Origin: Camelus ferus
Taxonomy: Eukaryota
Assembly: GCF_009834535.1 (NCBI RefSeq)
Contig: NC_045697.1
Span: 66,032,001 to 66,096,000, forward strand
Length of the DNA: 64,000 bases
Direction: 5' to 3'
Made by a program: the position numbers and the translations under genes. This document shows, piece after piece, positions 1 to 13,520 of the stretch; the first letter of the stretch is position 1, and every line of letters starts with the position of its first letter. A model generated the notes under the pieces. That model was not told the origin of the DNA. It saw nothing but the letters and a program-made list of their open reading frames with translations, and made no database searches.

Positions 1-29
1 CTTTAACTTTTCCCATTGTCTTTAATAGA

Positions 30-515
30 AACGTTTCTCAGTGACAAGTCATAGAAATTGACTATGACTAACTTTAGCAGAAGATAATGTTCTGGAAGCA
101 AATCAGCAGAGTCAAAGAACTGACTGAGGCTAAGGAATCAACTTTTTAAAATAAGAGATGGGGCTCCTGAGAGTAAGGCAAAAGAACTACAGCAACAGTC
201 CCTAATCAAGAAGGATTTGATCAGCAGATTACCACGATGCAATGAATAACTTTCATCTATCTTTGTGTCCTTTATTCACTCTTCCAAAGTCCTGAGAGAG
301 AGAAGTATCTAATTGGCTAGGTCTAAATCACATGCCTGCTCCCTGGCTGCCCCAGACAGAAAGAAAACTGACCCCTTCAGTTTCCACAGTGAGAAGTGAG
401 TTCTGTCTCTCATCAAGTACACAAACAATGGGCATTCTCCAGTAGAAAGATGAGACTGCTATTAAAAACAGACTGCGATGCTGAAACGCCCCCAAATTGG
501 CAAATGTCCACTATA
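30..515 (-). mobile_element. Old MaLR LTR (MLT1J/K-like), degraded
   Basis: Resembles recalled MLT1J/K consensus: 'gtgacaagtcatagaaattgactatgactaactttagcagaa', 'aattggctaggtctaaatcacatgcctgctccctgg', ending 'aaatgtccactata'. Confidence 0.5.
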
Positions 516-606
516 CAGGAGCAAAAAAAACAAACAAACAAAAAAAAAACAAACCCATGCTTATCACCTAGTGAACTTTTTCTGTGTCTATAATTAAAGC
601 CTACTT

Positions 607-641
607 ATCACTTCTCGGCCTTTTGGCTAAGATCAAGTGTA
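607..641 (+). pseudogene. 3'-truncated U2 snRNA retropseudogene (first 35 nt)
   Basis: ATCACTTCTCGGCCTTTTGGCTAAGATCAAGTGTA matches the U2 5' end with 1 mismatch. Flanked by a 16-bp TSD, taattaaagcctactt (591-606) / taattaaggactactt (642-657). Confidence 0.95.
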
Positions 642-823
642 TAATTAAGGACTACTTAAAGAATACTAGGTGAATGTTCCTTCAGATTGATGTTATAGGT
701 ACCCTTAATCTGTATAGGTCTTTTTTTTTTAACTAAATATTATGGATATTTTATATCTTCAGCAAAAGCTAGTATGCCAATAGATATTTGAGTTTATATT
801 TTGACAATATTAATTTCTATTAG

Positions 824-2545
824 GTTCTGAAATTTAAAGTCCTGTAGTGAATCCAAGAACCTCAAAAAGATTACAACAATCTGTTTTAATAATGCTCCTG
901 AGGGAAGAAACTTTTCTACTTAAATGAATTCTACAAGCATATGTTTGAGACTCAGATAACAAAACAAAACAAATCTTCATGACAATACAAAGTTACCTGA
1001 TCAAAACAGACAAATCTATAAATCTGTATGTATAAAAAATAATGTGACAATTTTGTATTTATGTATTGTATAGATATTTTTAACCTGAGATACTATAAGA
1101 CACTTAAGCAGTTTGCTAGAATTATTTACTTTTCAGCCAATGATTTAAACTTCATGAACATAGTTTCAAAGATGATAAAGAAAATGTCTAAAACTCCATT
1201 CTACTCCTTATTCTAAAGTAATCACCCTGATCCTTATCAAAGCTTCATTAGCCAAAATGGAAATTACATCTGAGGTAAACATTTTAAATTATCAGGAAAA
1301 AAAGTCGTAGGATATTACATAATGAAGATGTCTTAGAGCTAATTAAAATAATGTCAAATATTACAAAAATTATTTTTAAAATCTCTGAGTTTTTGGCAAA
1401 TAGAGGGATGAGAATTCCCATTATTTTCAGGCCAGAAGGTAAAAAGTAGACAATTGCTCTCCCACTTGTAGCCATTTTTCTGAGATTGTAAAGTGTAACC
1501 ACCTTACACATTACATTTGGCTCCAGACGACTTTTGGTTATGGCTATTCCCAGAAACAAAATCCACACTCAAAGAACAAAAATTCATGACTAAGAACGAT
1601 ATTGGGTCTATAATTCAGCTTGCTACTGAAGTCTTACCTCCACATAAGACTGTAATGGTGATGCTCATGGAAATATTCTGGTCCACATGGATTCTATTCT
1701 TTCTTTCTATGGCAAACTTTCTCTTAGTATAAACATCAGTCTTGGATAATACTAGTACATCCTTGAGAGATTCTATCCCTCAGAATAGATTAAGTTATTC
1801 TAAGATAAATGACCCCTAAAAAACTCAGTGATTACAACACAGGCTTCTACAGATCTGGTCTATGCAATCTCCACTCTGGATTCCCAGCCTAACGGAATAG
1901 TTCCTATCAGGAATGTCATAGGTTATCACTGTAGCACCAGAGAAAGAGAACACGAAAAACCTCTACCCAGAAGTGATAACAGCAAGGCAAGTCAACTCAC
2001 CTCACCTGAGTTCAACAAGGTAGAAATATATTATCTTTATTCTGGAAGGGCCAACACATGTTGGGAAATAATCTACTAGAGATATGTTCTTACTTTTCAA
2101 GGGTTGACAGAATTACATGTCTGAGCCTGAAAAGTTAAGGAAAAGACCCACCAAAATATTTGCTGCTTTGGGGGACATCTTGGGTGCTCTGGTAGTCACA
2201 CTCTGTTCTCTTTCAAACTTCAACTGAACACCTTTCTAATACCTATTAACTACTAATGATCTACTAACATCTATAATGAAATAAGTGGCATTAATATACA
2301 ATTCAATGTTGTAGGTCCCCTGAAGCCATCACTAGACCAGCTATACAGCTCTTCGATTTCAGAGAAGCAGGGGTGTCCTTTTCAGGGTGGAGACTAAAGA
2401 CTACTCTTTCAGCTATTCTCTGCATCCTACAGTAAACCTAAATGAAATAATTTAGATGTGTTAGGGGTCAACATAACATGTAGCAGACTGCAGCCTATCT
2501 TCAACTCCCTCCCAGCAAATCTACCTATCCACTATTAGTGTATGA
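824..2545 (+). pseudogene. Possible decayed coding exon(s) of an unidentified Ser/Thr-rich protein
   Basis: Repeat-free stretch after acceptors at 823 (ctattag) and 1136 (cttttcag). Protein-like segments in shifting frames (APDDFWLWLFPETK, ITTQASTDLVYAISTLDS, LDVLGVNITCSRLQPIF) are broken by stops. Confidence 0.3.
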
Positions 2546-3219
2546 AATTTTTGGCTAAGTCTTAAGTTCTGAAAATGTACCTGCCTAAATCTATATCATG
2601 TGTTGGTATGGCAAAATTCTAAGAATTTTTCTATTTTAACTCGCTGTTACACAAACCCCACCATAAAGATACTTGGTCATTAGGATATTTGAAGTTTGTG
2701 AATCAGTGCACACATTTTGTATATGCCCAATGATTAAAGCTAAAATAAGGCCCAGCATAAACTAGAAAATGTTAGCTGATGCCTTGTAAGAGGCATACAC
2801 ATGTGATACTGCATAAAAACTCTAAGAAACCACTTAGGAGCCATCTATTAACTACAGAGAGAGAGTTTTTTCTGTTGTTTATTTTCAATTTCATACTTAA
2901 AAATGACAAGAGGATCCCTTCAAAAATACTTTCATTAAATTGATAAAACTGGATTAAGTATATTAATAAGCTAACTTATTTGATGGATAAAAGAAATAAA
3001 CAACAAATTCACAAAAGAAAATATTAATAAAAAGCATTACTTGATGTTTTGCTTCCTCAGTAATCAACAAAATATAAATTAACATTTTTTTCTTTCTAAT
3101 TGACATCGAATTTTTTTTAAACAGGTCACTTAAAATAGGTGAATATGTACCTACTGTATACAACTAAAAAAGTACAATTTCAACGTGAATCTCCCCAATA
3201 TAACCTATGCTGCATTCTT

Positions 3220-3735
3220 GTTAAAAATTATTAACCTGAATCTAACCATAAGAAATAGTTTTTTTAAAATCTAGATTATTGAACAGTCTACAAGCTATTT
3301 GGCTTGGACTATTCAAAAATACAAAGACTATTATAAAACAAAAAACAATGGGAGTAGGAATATTCTAGATTTAAGGAGACTATTTAAATAGGAAACTAAA
3401 TAGTCTCCTTTAATCTAATGATAACAATATGCAATGTGTATCCTTGGCTGGACTCTGGATTGAAAGAGGAAAGAAAGAAAGAAAGGGAGTGAGCAGGGGA
3501 GGGAAAGACAGAGGGAGGAAGGGAAGAAGGAAAGCTATATGGCTATATAAAGGGCATTTGGGGGCCAATTGAGGACATTTGAATATGGACTATATTTTAG
3601 AAACTGTTATGATATTAACATTAAATTCTTGAGAAAATAGTATTGAATTTTTGTAGAAGAGTGTCCTTGCTTTAGGAAAACACAAAGGCACTGAAGAACA
3701 AAAACGTGATATCTGTACCTTACTTTCAAAGAGTT
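3220..3735 (+). mobile_element. Old L1 (L1MC/ME-type) 3' fragment
   Basis: 'aatatgcaatgtgtatccttggctggactctggatt', 'gggccaattgaggacatttgaatatggactata' and 'gatatctgtaccttactttcaaa' resemble L1MC 3' UTR. Confidence 0.6.
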
Positions 3736-4250
3736 CAGCAACAACAACAACAACAACAGGAGATTCCAATATAAGGCATTAATCAAAATATAATTTATAA
3801 TAACAAAAAATGATTACAGTCCAAATACCTACAGTTGAAATCTCTATATAATGAAGTTATATATATATTAAAATATGTTTATACTTTTAATTAGTTTTCC
3901 CTCAAGGAACATATATTTAAGGGGAGCTTTTCCAAAAGGTTTCTTTCTTTCTTTTTTTTTTAAGACCAGTAAGTTTCTAAAGTAGCATTGCAATTTCTCA
4001 TTGATCAATTCTTTCAGATTCAAGGATTCCATGCAAACAAACACCCTGGCAAAAAATATGATAAACACACGTAGTTTCAAAGTTTGCTTCCTGTAGTCAA
4101 AAGAAGGACTGAGTAGGAAAGACAGAAATGAGATGGTGAACAGCCAAGTGTGTACTATGTAGTTTAAGAATGCTGAAATCGTAGATTTTAAGATACTTTT
4201 CAGATATTCTGGAATAAGACAAACACTAAGCATTTATCAGCTAACACCTT

Positions 4251-4277
4251 GTCCTCGCTTCGGCAGCACATATACTA
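4251..4277 (+). pseudogene. 3'-truncated U6 snRNA retropseudogene (first 27 nt)
   Basis: GTCCTCGCTTCGGCAGCACATATACTA matches the U6 5' end with 1 mismatch. Perfect 16-bp TSD tatcagctaacacctt at 4235-4250 and 4276-4291. Confidence 0.95.
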
Positions 4278-5523
4278 TCAGCTAACACCTTACTAGCAAA
4301 ATGCAAGAACTATTCAAGAAAAGTAATCATAAAGAAGGAAAAATAAAGTGCTGAAGCACATAAAAGTCATAAAGACAAACTTCCTACTACTCTCTCTTTC
4401 TGGGATCAGTCTTGGCACCCACATAAAATTCTCTCTCTGGATTCCTTTCTATTGTACTCTGAACAATGACCTCATGTCATCTTTGGCATATGTGCATAGG
4501 TTACTGATTTGTTCTATCTCCCTGTTGCCAAACAATAGGAAGAGTAGAGAGAGTTGAGTTGCAATGTCTTAGATCTACGAATGGGACCATTTGGGAAGGC
4601 AGTTTTCCTGTGGAACCTGTCTTCTATGACTGAAACCTATTCAATGAGACTGTTCATTCCTGACCTCCTGCCCTCTTGACACTGATCTGTCCTAAAAAGG
4701 GTGCCAATATATTGTCTGTCAAATTTATATTAGAAAGCCATAACATAAGGTCCCCATTTCTACATTGCACACAATGCTTTATGTCAAAGTTTGATAAACA
4801 TGAAATCACATTTTCAAAGGTTAAAAAACAAATGTCAGTCAGTCAAAAACAGTTGACCACTGTGAGTGTCTCACTGGTTGACCCTGAACTCTTCCAGGAC
4901 TCTGAGGTCAATGATATGTCATTAGAGGAGGAATTTCTTATAGATTTATGATAAGCTCACTTCTTTGACTATGATCTTGACATTCAAAAAAATTTTAAGT
5001 TGTCCCATCTTCAAACACCTACCTAGTGAATGAAAACATATAGCTATAAAGGCACTAATTGCCCTTTCAATTGTGTAATGAACTAACAATTTTCATGCAA
5101 TGAAACTGATGTTAATAGGAGTTATACATGCATATCTATGAGACAAAGAACCCTAAGTTTCAACAGAATCTAAGACAATAAAAGAGGTAAGAAGGTAGAA
5201 GAAAAACAAAAATTTAGTATTTACCACAAACTCCATTTCCACCTCAATTTAATTATATTAATAGAAGAAAGTTAGCAGGTAGAATTATGTAAGCATCTTC
5301 AAAGGTCTGAAAGACTTGTGAAGTTCACCTTTTATTATTATATTATGGCTATGGTATACCATTTAAATAGCACTCTTAGATTTCTACTATGCCACACAGA
5401 TAAAGCAATTAATGCTATCCAAAGACTGTCAGGGTCAGTTTTCAATATAAAATACTGAAGGATTAAATAGAACCCAAGACAAGGTTACTCTGTTTAGATA
5501 GTAGAAGGTGTCATATTCAGTTC

Positions 5524-5601
5524 TTAATTACTCTCAAAATGTAGTTCTTTCCTAGAAATACTGTTATATTGGCTAGTCTGCCTTTGTTTGATTTTGACTA
5601 C
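5524..5601 (-). pseudogene. Candidate downstream exon of the minus-strand gene remnant
   Basis: Strong acceptor ctttcttctctctctttcag|GTAG. Reads VVKIKQRQTSQYNSISRKELHFESN* (phase 0) or GSQNQTKAD* (phase 1). Confidence 0.4.
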
Positions 5602-8600
5602 CTGAAAGAGAGAGAAGAAAGACATTAATTTGCATTTCCCTTTCTTTAGTTTCTCCAATATCAAAGTTAAGAACAATCAGAGAGATTTTAAATGAATGGC
5701 AAGGATCTGTTGCAGACACTCACAGATGATTATGACAAACATCTTTTTATTTTTTCATTCTTTGAACATTAATAGTTATTTTATTACCATCCTTCCAAGA
5801 ATGCAGAGTGGACATAAAATATATCTTGTAACTTCTCAACTATGATTTAAAAGAAAGTGATAGCCACTTGACTATTCTGCAGAAGTACAAGGGCATAAAT
5901 ATAGGTTGCTTTCCCTAAATATTTACTAAGCTATGTGTATCAAGTGTTTTCAACTATGTGGTATTCTGTACTGTCTTTTCATATCAGATGAAGTGTGACT
6001 AAAAATAACACTGGACAGCTTTATTATTGTGTAGCAAACACTGTTCTTTAACCCATTTGAGTTTCCAACTCAGATAATCAAATTCATTACACTTTAGTGT
6101 TGTCTATGTGTATTTCCTTACTGTTGTTTGTTAAGACTGAAGTAAAGATGGTCACTGAAGGGAAGACAGCCTTAAACCCTATACTTAGTAACTTTAAACT
6201 CACATCTACTTGCAGAAGAAATACATGACAGATCTATTGTTCTGTATTAGCAGGACATTGTCCCAGTATATGAACACATGCAAACTACTCAGGAAGGCCT
6301 TTGAATATTTAAGGCAAGACACTAGTGGCTCATCCCAGTGGGAACCACAGAAAAGGGGAACCTGATTAAATTTAATGTCATTGTCACTTTTTTTTCATTG
6401 CGAAGAATTATATAGGTAGCCATAGCTACCACACTGTTCAGACAGCATGACCACAATATTCCCCTCAGAGGTTGGCGTCAAGGACTGAATTATTCACTCA
6501 AAGAATGTGATTCATTGCTGGATGTGGTTCTTACAAGATTAAAAGAGTCATCAGTATATAAAATGTACATACATACTCTAGGGGCAAAAGTAACAGAAAC
6601 CACTGCAATCTTTTGATCACTGATTAAGCTTTGCAAGAATAATCTAAAATTACTATTTTAAAATTAAAAACTATAAATATTTATTTTTTGAGTATAACTT
6701 AGACTTTGAACCTAGGTCTCTCTCTCTATTTTTAATTTAAAAAATCATTTTGAAATTAAAAAGGTTTTATATAAATTGTTGAAAGAGTTTAGAACATGAT
6801 CCTTTTATTTCCTATTCTTTGAAAGGGAAGCCATTGAATCAATATTTAATTATGCAACTCTATGGTGTGCAATATCTCTGGGTAAAACCTGCTAATTCAC
6901 AAAAGATTGCTTGTTCAGCATCAGCAAAAAAGCATTATAATAATCTAACAACGTTTACCATGTATGTTGTCCCTTATTGAAATGTAATGTCTCTCAAGTC
7001 TCTAAATTTAGAATTTTCCTTGTCTTGGGTAAATATTTTCAAATGCACAGAATCATTTCCAAATGCATACTTCACCTAGTTAAGTCAAATAAATATGTTT
7101 TTTAAGTAAGACAGTTGAAAATTGAAACTTCAGATAGTTTTCACTTACTCATCTAAATAAATATCTCAGAAGAAAACATACTGTTACTTAGCCATCTATG
7201 TTAAATTTCTTATCTCTTTTACTAACGTAAAAAAGCCATTTAAAAGGCTATATGAAAGTAAATGCCAGCTGCTGCATAAAGTAGTCTACCAAGGAAGTAA
7301 TTGGTGGCCTTTAATAAACTCAGGGGACTAGTAACAAGCTTTCACGTGCAGAATGTCAGTTCATCAGTTCAAACTCAGTCCATACAGGCCTGACTGAGAG
7401 CCAGGCCACCTGAGTGTCACTCACTGGAGTTTATAATATGAACTGGAGGCAGACTTTGTCTGATTAATGGTGGACACAAGTCTACAACCCAGCACCCACC
7501 ATCATAATTGGCTACCTCGTTTGAAGTCTCAGGAGACTGAATGGGCAATGGAATTTGAACTACCAACTCATTCTGGTCTCACCAGGGAAAGCTGAAGGCT
7601 CCCTGGTGGGGCTACTTGGAGAAGCTAGTAATGTTGCTATTGTGCCTTAGACCTGTCCTATAGATAAATAGAGAGCTTTCCTCGGTACAAGTACACACTT
7701 CAACATCTTTAAAACACCGAACAATTCATTCTGCATATGCAGGGTTAAAGTAACGTTCTTTTATGACTGCCTTCAAAATAAAAATGTAAATGAGCTTCTT
7801 TATTTGTTTCAATCTACTTGGTAACAATATTTCTAGAGAATATTAATTGTATTACAAAGAACTTGACTTGAACTCTAAGTAAAACCTAAACACATTATCT
7901 ACTAGAAAAATTTTATTTACTAAAATAAAATCACATCTAGAGTTTTTTTTAAGACAATCTTATTCCACAGTATGAAAATATGCTGATTCAAATTCAGAGA
8001 TCATAATTTCTTTCTATTAAAAAATTCTTAAAAAATAAAATAAAATAAATTCTATGTAAATTCTATATATCGATTACTTAAATTAGATGCCTACAGAGAT
8101 ACTACTTTATTGAGAATTGGGTTGATTACCATGGAATTTATGAGAAGACAACTGTAAGCAGAGGAAGCTTTGGAGATGCAATTTTGCCCCTGAAATACCA
8201 AGGGATATTTTCCTCGGTGAAATGTTAAACAATGTGCCTTCAACAATAAACTGACAATGCCTTTCCTGAGGCTTGTGGTGTGGTCACGGTGTTGATCTTG
8301 TCTTTTCTTCTTAATGTGCTCCCATACCAGAGACACTACAATGGTCATTCACAAAAACTACAGTACGGAGAAGTTTAAGATGCTTCTTCTGTAATGTTTC
8401 TTTCTTCTATCTGCAGCTGGGGAGTTACAGCTGGTGTCTTGGGTTTATTTTTTTTCCTTCTTCTTTTTTCTTTTTTCCTTTTTTAGTTACCTGAATGGAT
8501 TTCCGCTTCTTAACTGTACCAGCTTGCCATGGCATTCATTATGCTGATAGGTTCAATCAGAATATTTTAGTGTCCTTTGGCTTCTGAGTTACCTTTCACT

Positions 8601-9059
8601 CTTTAAACAGTTTTAAAGCAAGTTTTGTTAATGTTGAAAATTTTATTATTTAATGCCATCAGTTCTATTCTTTTATAATTATCTGAATCTCTCTCATAAC
8701 AAAATGACAAATAGTTGCAAACAAAAACGATGAAAAATATTTTAACAAAGATCTATATGAAAGGGATTTTTCTTTCTAAATGGCTATCAACAGAAATTAT
8801 TAAAAATGAAATTACAGTTTCAGTTAAATTAATTTTCCAATATTGCATCTGTTAATGTTTATGACATTTACAGAAATGAACAAAAAAAGGCACAAAATAA
8901 CTAAAATTAGGCTCTCTGCTTCTTAATCTACATTTTCTCTAGGACTAATGATTGAAAAGACTCAATCCAAGGTCACTACCAGGATTGCCCAAAACCAGAC
9001 ATTAAAACACCACAAACTTGTGTCTTACTGACTCTGTGATTTGCATGCTTGTAACAACA

Positions 9060-9300
9060 ATATCAAATATTTATGATGCCCTACTATGTACCAGGCTCCA
9101 TACACAGTACTTTACATTATCGTATTAAATTAATTCTCACATTATCAAACCTATGAGGTGGGTACAAATATGCTCAAAACATAAATGAGGAAATTGGTGA
9201 TTAGATAGGCTAAGTAAATTGCCTAAAGTGTGTGATGATCTACACCTATTTGAACTCGTACTGCTTGAGTTTAAAACTCTTGCTCTTAAATGCTGCGTTA
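9060..9300 (-). mobile_element. MIR SINE
   Basis: 'atttatgatgccctactatgtaccaggc', 'cctatgaggtgggtac', 'aaatgaggaaattgg' and 'aagtaaattgcctaaagt' match the MIR core. Confidence 0.75.
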
Positions 9301-9688
9301 TACAGCGTTGGCATATTTACATACACAATCGGATATTCATCAAATGTGGATTTTTTGATATACTGTTATTCAAATGTTATCCCTTGGAGGATATCCCTTG
9401 GAATTTCTTAATATTGGATTTGATTTCTGTTGACAAACTTAATACTCATCAGATATGTGACCCTGGGTATGTCATTATCTCTATGAATCTCAACTTCCTC
9501 ATCGCAAATGAACTAGACAGGTTTCTAAAGTCTGTATCATTAGCTTCTACTGAATAACAAACTATTCCAAAACTCTGTGCTTTCAAACACTAATCTTGTG
9601 TTAGTTTATGATTTTGGGGGTGAGAAATCTGAGTTGAGCTCAGATGATGGTTCTGCTGGACTGGGCTAGGTTCAATCGTGTCTCTATC

Positions 9689-9802
9689 CAGGGTAACCAA
9701 CCATCTCAGTTTGCCTGGGAGTGAGGAAATTCCTAGAACATGGGATTTTCAGTGCTAAAATTGGGAAAGTTCCAGGCAAACCAGATTGAGTTGGCCATAC
9801 TA
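9689..9802. mobile_element. MER81-like hAT MITE nested in an old MaLR LTR (~9560-10170)
   Basis: About 114 bp with terminal inverted repeats cagggtaaccaac...gttggccatacta and internal 'ttttcagtgctaaaa'. Confidence 0.75.
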
Positions 9803-10940
9803 CATTTATCTGTGGTCAGGTGGCATTCAAGTTTCCATGCACATGTGTAGAGACTGGCTGGTTATCAACTGATGCAAGAAGGTAAGTGAGCCACAAATCT
9901 GACCATCCTGCCAGGTTCATTCACATCATGGTGGATATAGGATTCTCATGATCAGCAAAAGAGGCAAATCCCAAAAAACAAAGTCCCTATTTGTATTACA
10001 TTTGCTACTCTCCCATTGTTCAAAGCAAGTCATATGGCTCAGATTCAAATAACGAAAAAATGGATTCCACTTCTCTATGGAAGGCTATACAAAGTCACAG
10101 CCTTTTGTAAAAGAAAAATAGATATATAGGGGGACAGAACTTGTAACCAGTAACCATTTTGCCATCTACTGCATGATCATTTCCTGCCATGAAATCAAGA
10201 TTTCTGTGCTCAGCAACATGCTCGATCTAAAAACATCCATGGGAGTAAAAGAAGTTATAGTCTCTCTGTGGCTACACTGCCCTGAGTAAACAATAGGGTT
10301 TGTTAACTTGTCCCAGGAATGCTTATCCCACTCGATGAGTTTGCTTGGACCCCTGAAGTCAAGGGAATTCTTAAGACAAGGATTAAATTTGCAGTGATGA
10401 CCTTTATATCATCTTTCTTTTCTTAACTTCTGTTAACAGATTAAGTATGAAATGATACTCAAAACTGGGGTTATATACTCTAAGTAGCATTTCTGTGTAG
10501 TTTTAGCTGTGTGTTAAAAGGCTCCCAAAAGGGTCAGTGACTAAGAGTGTCTAAAGAGTGCCTAAGCTGAGGGTAACCTAACAATAATTGTTTCTCAAAT
10601 TAGAAAGATCTTTGTGAAAGAAAGGAGGAAAAAGGAAGGAAAAGAAAGTAAGCTTTTCATACAAGAAACTATATTGAATTATTTTTATAAATAGGGTATA
10701 AGTATATATGTTCCATAGTCATACATGTATACACTTTTGTATATTGTATATATAACATGTATCTTCTTTTTACCTTTATCTTGTATTTGTCTTGTATCTT
10801 ATTTGTAATACAGGAGTCACACAAATAATGCAAATGAGTGGAATTAGAGAAGTAACTTGGTACAATAAAAAAACAAAGAATGGAGAAGAATATAGCAGAA
10901 TGGAAGCATTTGTCCCATTTAGAGGACAAAACTATCAGCA

Positions 10941-11053
10941 GGGAGGGTATAGCTTGATGATAGACTGCATGTCTAGCATGCACAAGGTCCTGGGTTCAAT
11001 CCCCAGTACCTCCATTAAAAGAATAAATAAATAAACCTAATTACCTCCCTAAA
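10941..11053 (+). mobile_element. Camelid tRNA-derived SINE (vic-1-like)
   Basis: Head gggagggtatagct, B box gggttcaatcccc, tail aaataaataaacctaattacctccc. Confidence 0.85.
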
Positions 11054-11071
11054 TATAACAGCATGGTATAT

Positions 11072-11693
11072 TTGTTATCAATTTCTATGTTACTATTACC
11101 ACAAATTTAACAGCTTAAAACAACACATTTATTATCTCATCATTGCTGTAGTTTAGAAGTCCAACATGGTGCAGCTGGTTCTCTGTTCAACATCTCACTA
11201 GGCTGAAAACAAGGCATTGGCAAGGGCTACAATCTCATTTAAGGTTCAGGGTGCTTTTCCAAGCCTCCTGGTTATTAGCAGAATTCAGTTCCTTGCTACT
11301 GTAGAATTAAAGTCCTGTTTTCTTCTGGCTATCATGTGGAATCACTCTCAGCAACGAGAGGCATCCTACAGTTGCCTGACGTATGCTCCGCTACACAGCA
11401 TGGCAGTGTGCTTCTTCAGAGCCAGAAGGAAAATCTCTCCATCTCTTTTAAGAGCTCACCTGATTAGGTCAGACTCACCTCAAATAATTTCTCTTTTGAG
11501 TAATTCAAGTCAATTGACGAGAGACCTTAATTATAACTGCAAAACACTTCTGACATGTAATAAACACAATCACAGGAGTGCCATTCGATCATATTCCCAC
11601 ATTCCACTCATGTACAAGGGGAAGAGATTACTCAGCATGTGTACATCAGGGGGTGAAAAGTCTTGAGGGCCATCTTAGAATTCTGCCTAGCAC
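11072..11693 (-). mobile_element. MaLR LTR (MLT1 family)
   Basis: 'attaccacaaatttaacagcttaaaacaacacatttattatctca' through 'gggccatcttagaattctgcctagca'. Confidence 0.8.
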
Positions 11694-13084
11694 GTACAGG
11701 AAACACTAGAGAATTCTGATCCTCTAGATTAATACAGAACATGTTTGGTGCCCCAATCCTCCAAAAAATTACCTTTATCAAGTCGTACTACTTCTATTCT
11801 TTTGTTGTGTCATTTTCCTTAAATGAAAAATGATCTAAGACACAGTCTTTTAAAAACTATTTCCTGTTTTGCAGAAATAATGAAATTATTGTCCAAACTA
11901 AACTCTATGGTCCCTTTAGGGAACTCCATGTGAGAAATTTATTTTAAAGTTTACTAGGAGAGATTCTGCTTTCCCTGAAGTAAAAAAAATTTTTTTTTCT
12001 CTCTTACACTAGAAATACATAATTGATTTTATCTGTCTTTTCTTTTGGCTGCCAAGAATTTATAGCCAGATTTAAATGGGCCTTTATTCTCTACACAGTG
12101 TATTAATTTAATATAATTTTGTATTAATATTTTTCTAGTCTGGTTGTAATTCTTAATTTTATACATTTAATGTTTTTGTTGTGGTCATCTCAAATCAAAG
12201 AGGACACACATGACTAAAATATAGATTAGATAGATGAACAGAGGGCAGAAAAATAATAAAGATAAATGGAATAAATAAGTAATGATGAGAGAGACAAAAT
12301 AAAGATCATGCATTCTTATTTTTCAAACTACCTATTCAATTCCATAAATGTATATATCCATCATTGTGCCAATATTTTACCATTTTATTTTAACAGCATT
12401 ATAACATAACTTTTTGGTCTAGCAGGGTCTTGTTTTCACATGGATGTAGTTCTTTTGCCAAAAAATTCAGTGATAAAATCAACAATAATAAATTATTTTA
12501 ATATTAGTATTTAATGTTCACTAATGAATCCTCTTTTTTTCTCTCAATTTTCTACTTTCTTTTAACATGCCGAGTCTGATGCCTTATAAATGCAATATTA
12601 CCAAAGTTTTAGAGGTAGAGTCCTATTCTTGCTTACATTCATTTTTCTCTATATGCATTAGATCACTTTTAAATGCACAAGGTCACTTATTTCTCATACA
12701 GAATACTTCTATGTTGCATTTACACAACCATATTCACTTGGCATTAGATTCCATTCTTTTGTCACATGTACATTGTCCACCTCATCAGAGTAAAAAGTTG
12801 TAGGCAAAAAAAAAAAAAAAAAAAAGACTTAGTTCAAATAACTATAATTTATTTTGTTTTAAAATTTATTTTTATACCCTCTTAAAATTTAAAACTATAA
12901 TAATTTATAATTATTAATAATTAAAATAGATTATATAGAACATCAGGGTGACTATTTCAACTGTGACTGTACCCCTAAGCGTTCCAAAATTAAGAGTTAT
13001 CTCCTAATAATGATTTAAGAAGAATATTGAAGTCATTACAAATCTAAGATTCTGAAATATTCCCAATGAGTTAAAATATTTACT

Positions 13085-13520
13085 CCCACTTCACAAAAAT
13101 AGCTTATTTCATGTCTGTGGCAGGGAAAGTACAGAAGGTGAGTCTGGAACATTTTGTGCCAGAAAGCAAGGAAGTGTTCAAAGAATAATGGATTTATGTC
13201 AAAAGGACACAATTGCCAGCTTGAAGAATCTCCCATTGGCCAAATTTGACACAATATGTGCATCAGAAATAATTGTAACAAATATAATAGAGAAAAAAAA
13301 TTTGAGTCCATAATGTAACTCAAAATGAAGGAAGAGGTGGGGCCAGTGGAGATGGGACACACTTCTTTACAGAAGAGTGGCAAGAAATAAAGACAGAAGA
13401 AATGATAGAAAAATCATTAAATGGTAAAATTAGGGAAGGGGAATATGGGTGTCCATTGAACTACTGTCTTAGTGTTTCTCTGGGTTGGAAAAATTTCAAA
13501 ATTAAAAAATAAATTAACAA
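13085..13520 (+). mobile_element. Old L1 (L1MC-type) 3' fragment
   Basis: 'cagggaaagtacagaaggtgagtctggaacattttgtgccagaaagcaagg' and 'gaagaatctcccattggccaaatttg'. Confidence 0.65.

Noticed and set aside
1517..2079. FAM227-family similarity (DDFWLWLF, SPEFNKV)
   Set aside because: Only two short motifs resemble it; the flanking sequence does not match what I recall.
607..4277. Functional U2 or U6 snRNA genes
   Set aside because: Only 35 and 27 nt long and flanked by TSDs.
11217..11666. 149-aa ORF
   Set aside because: It lies wholly inside an MLT1 LTR and shows no protein features.
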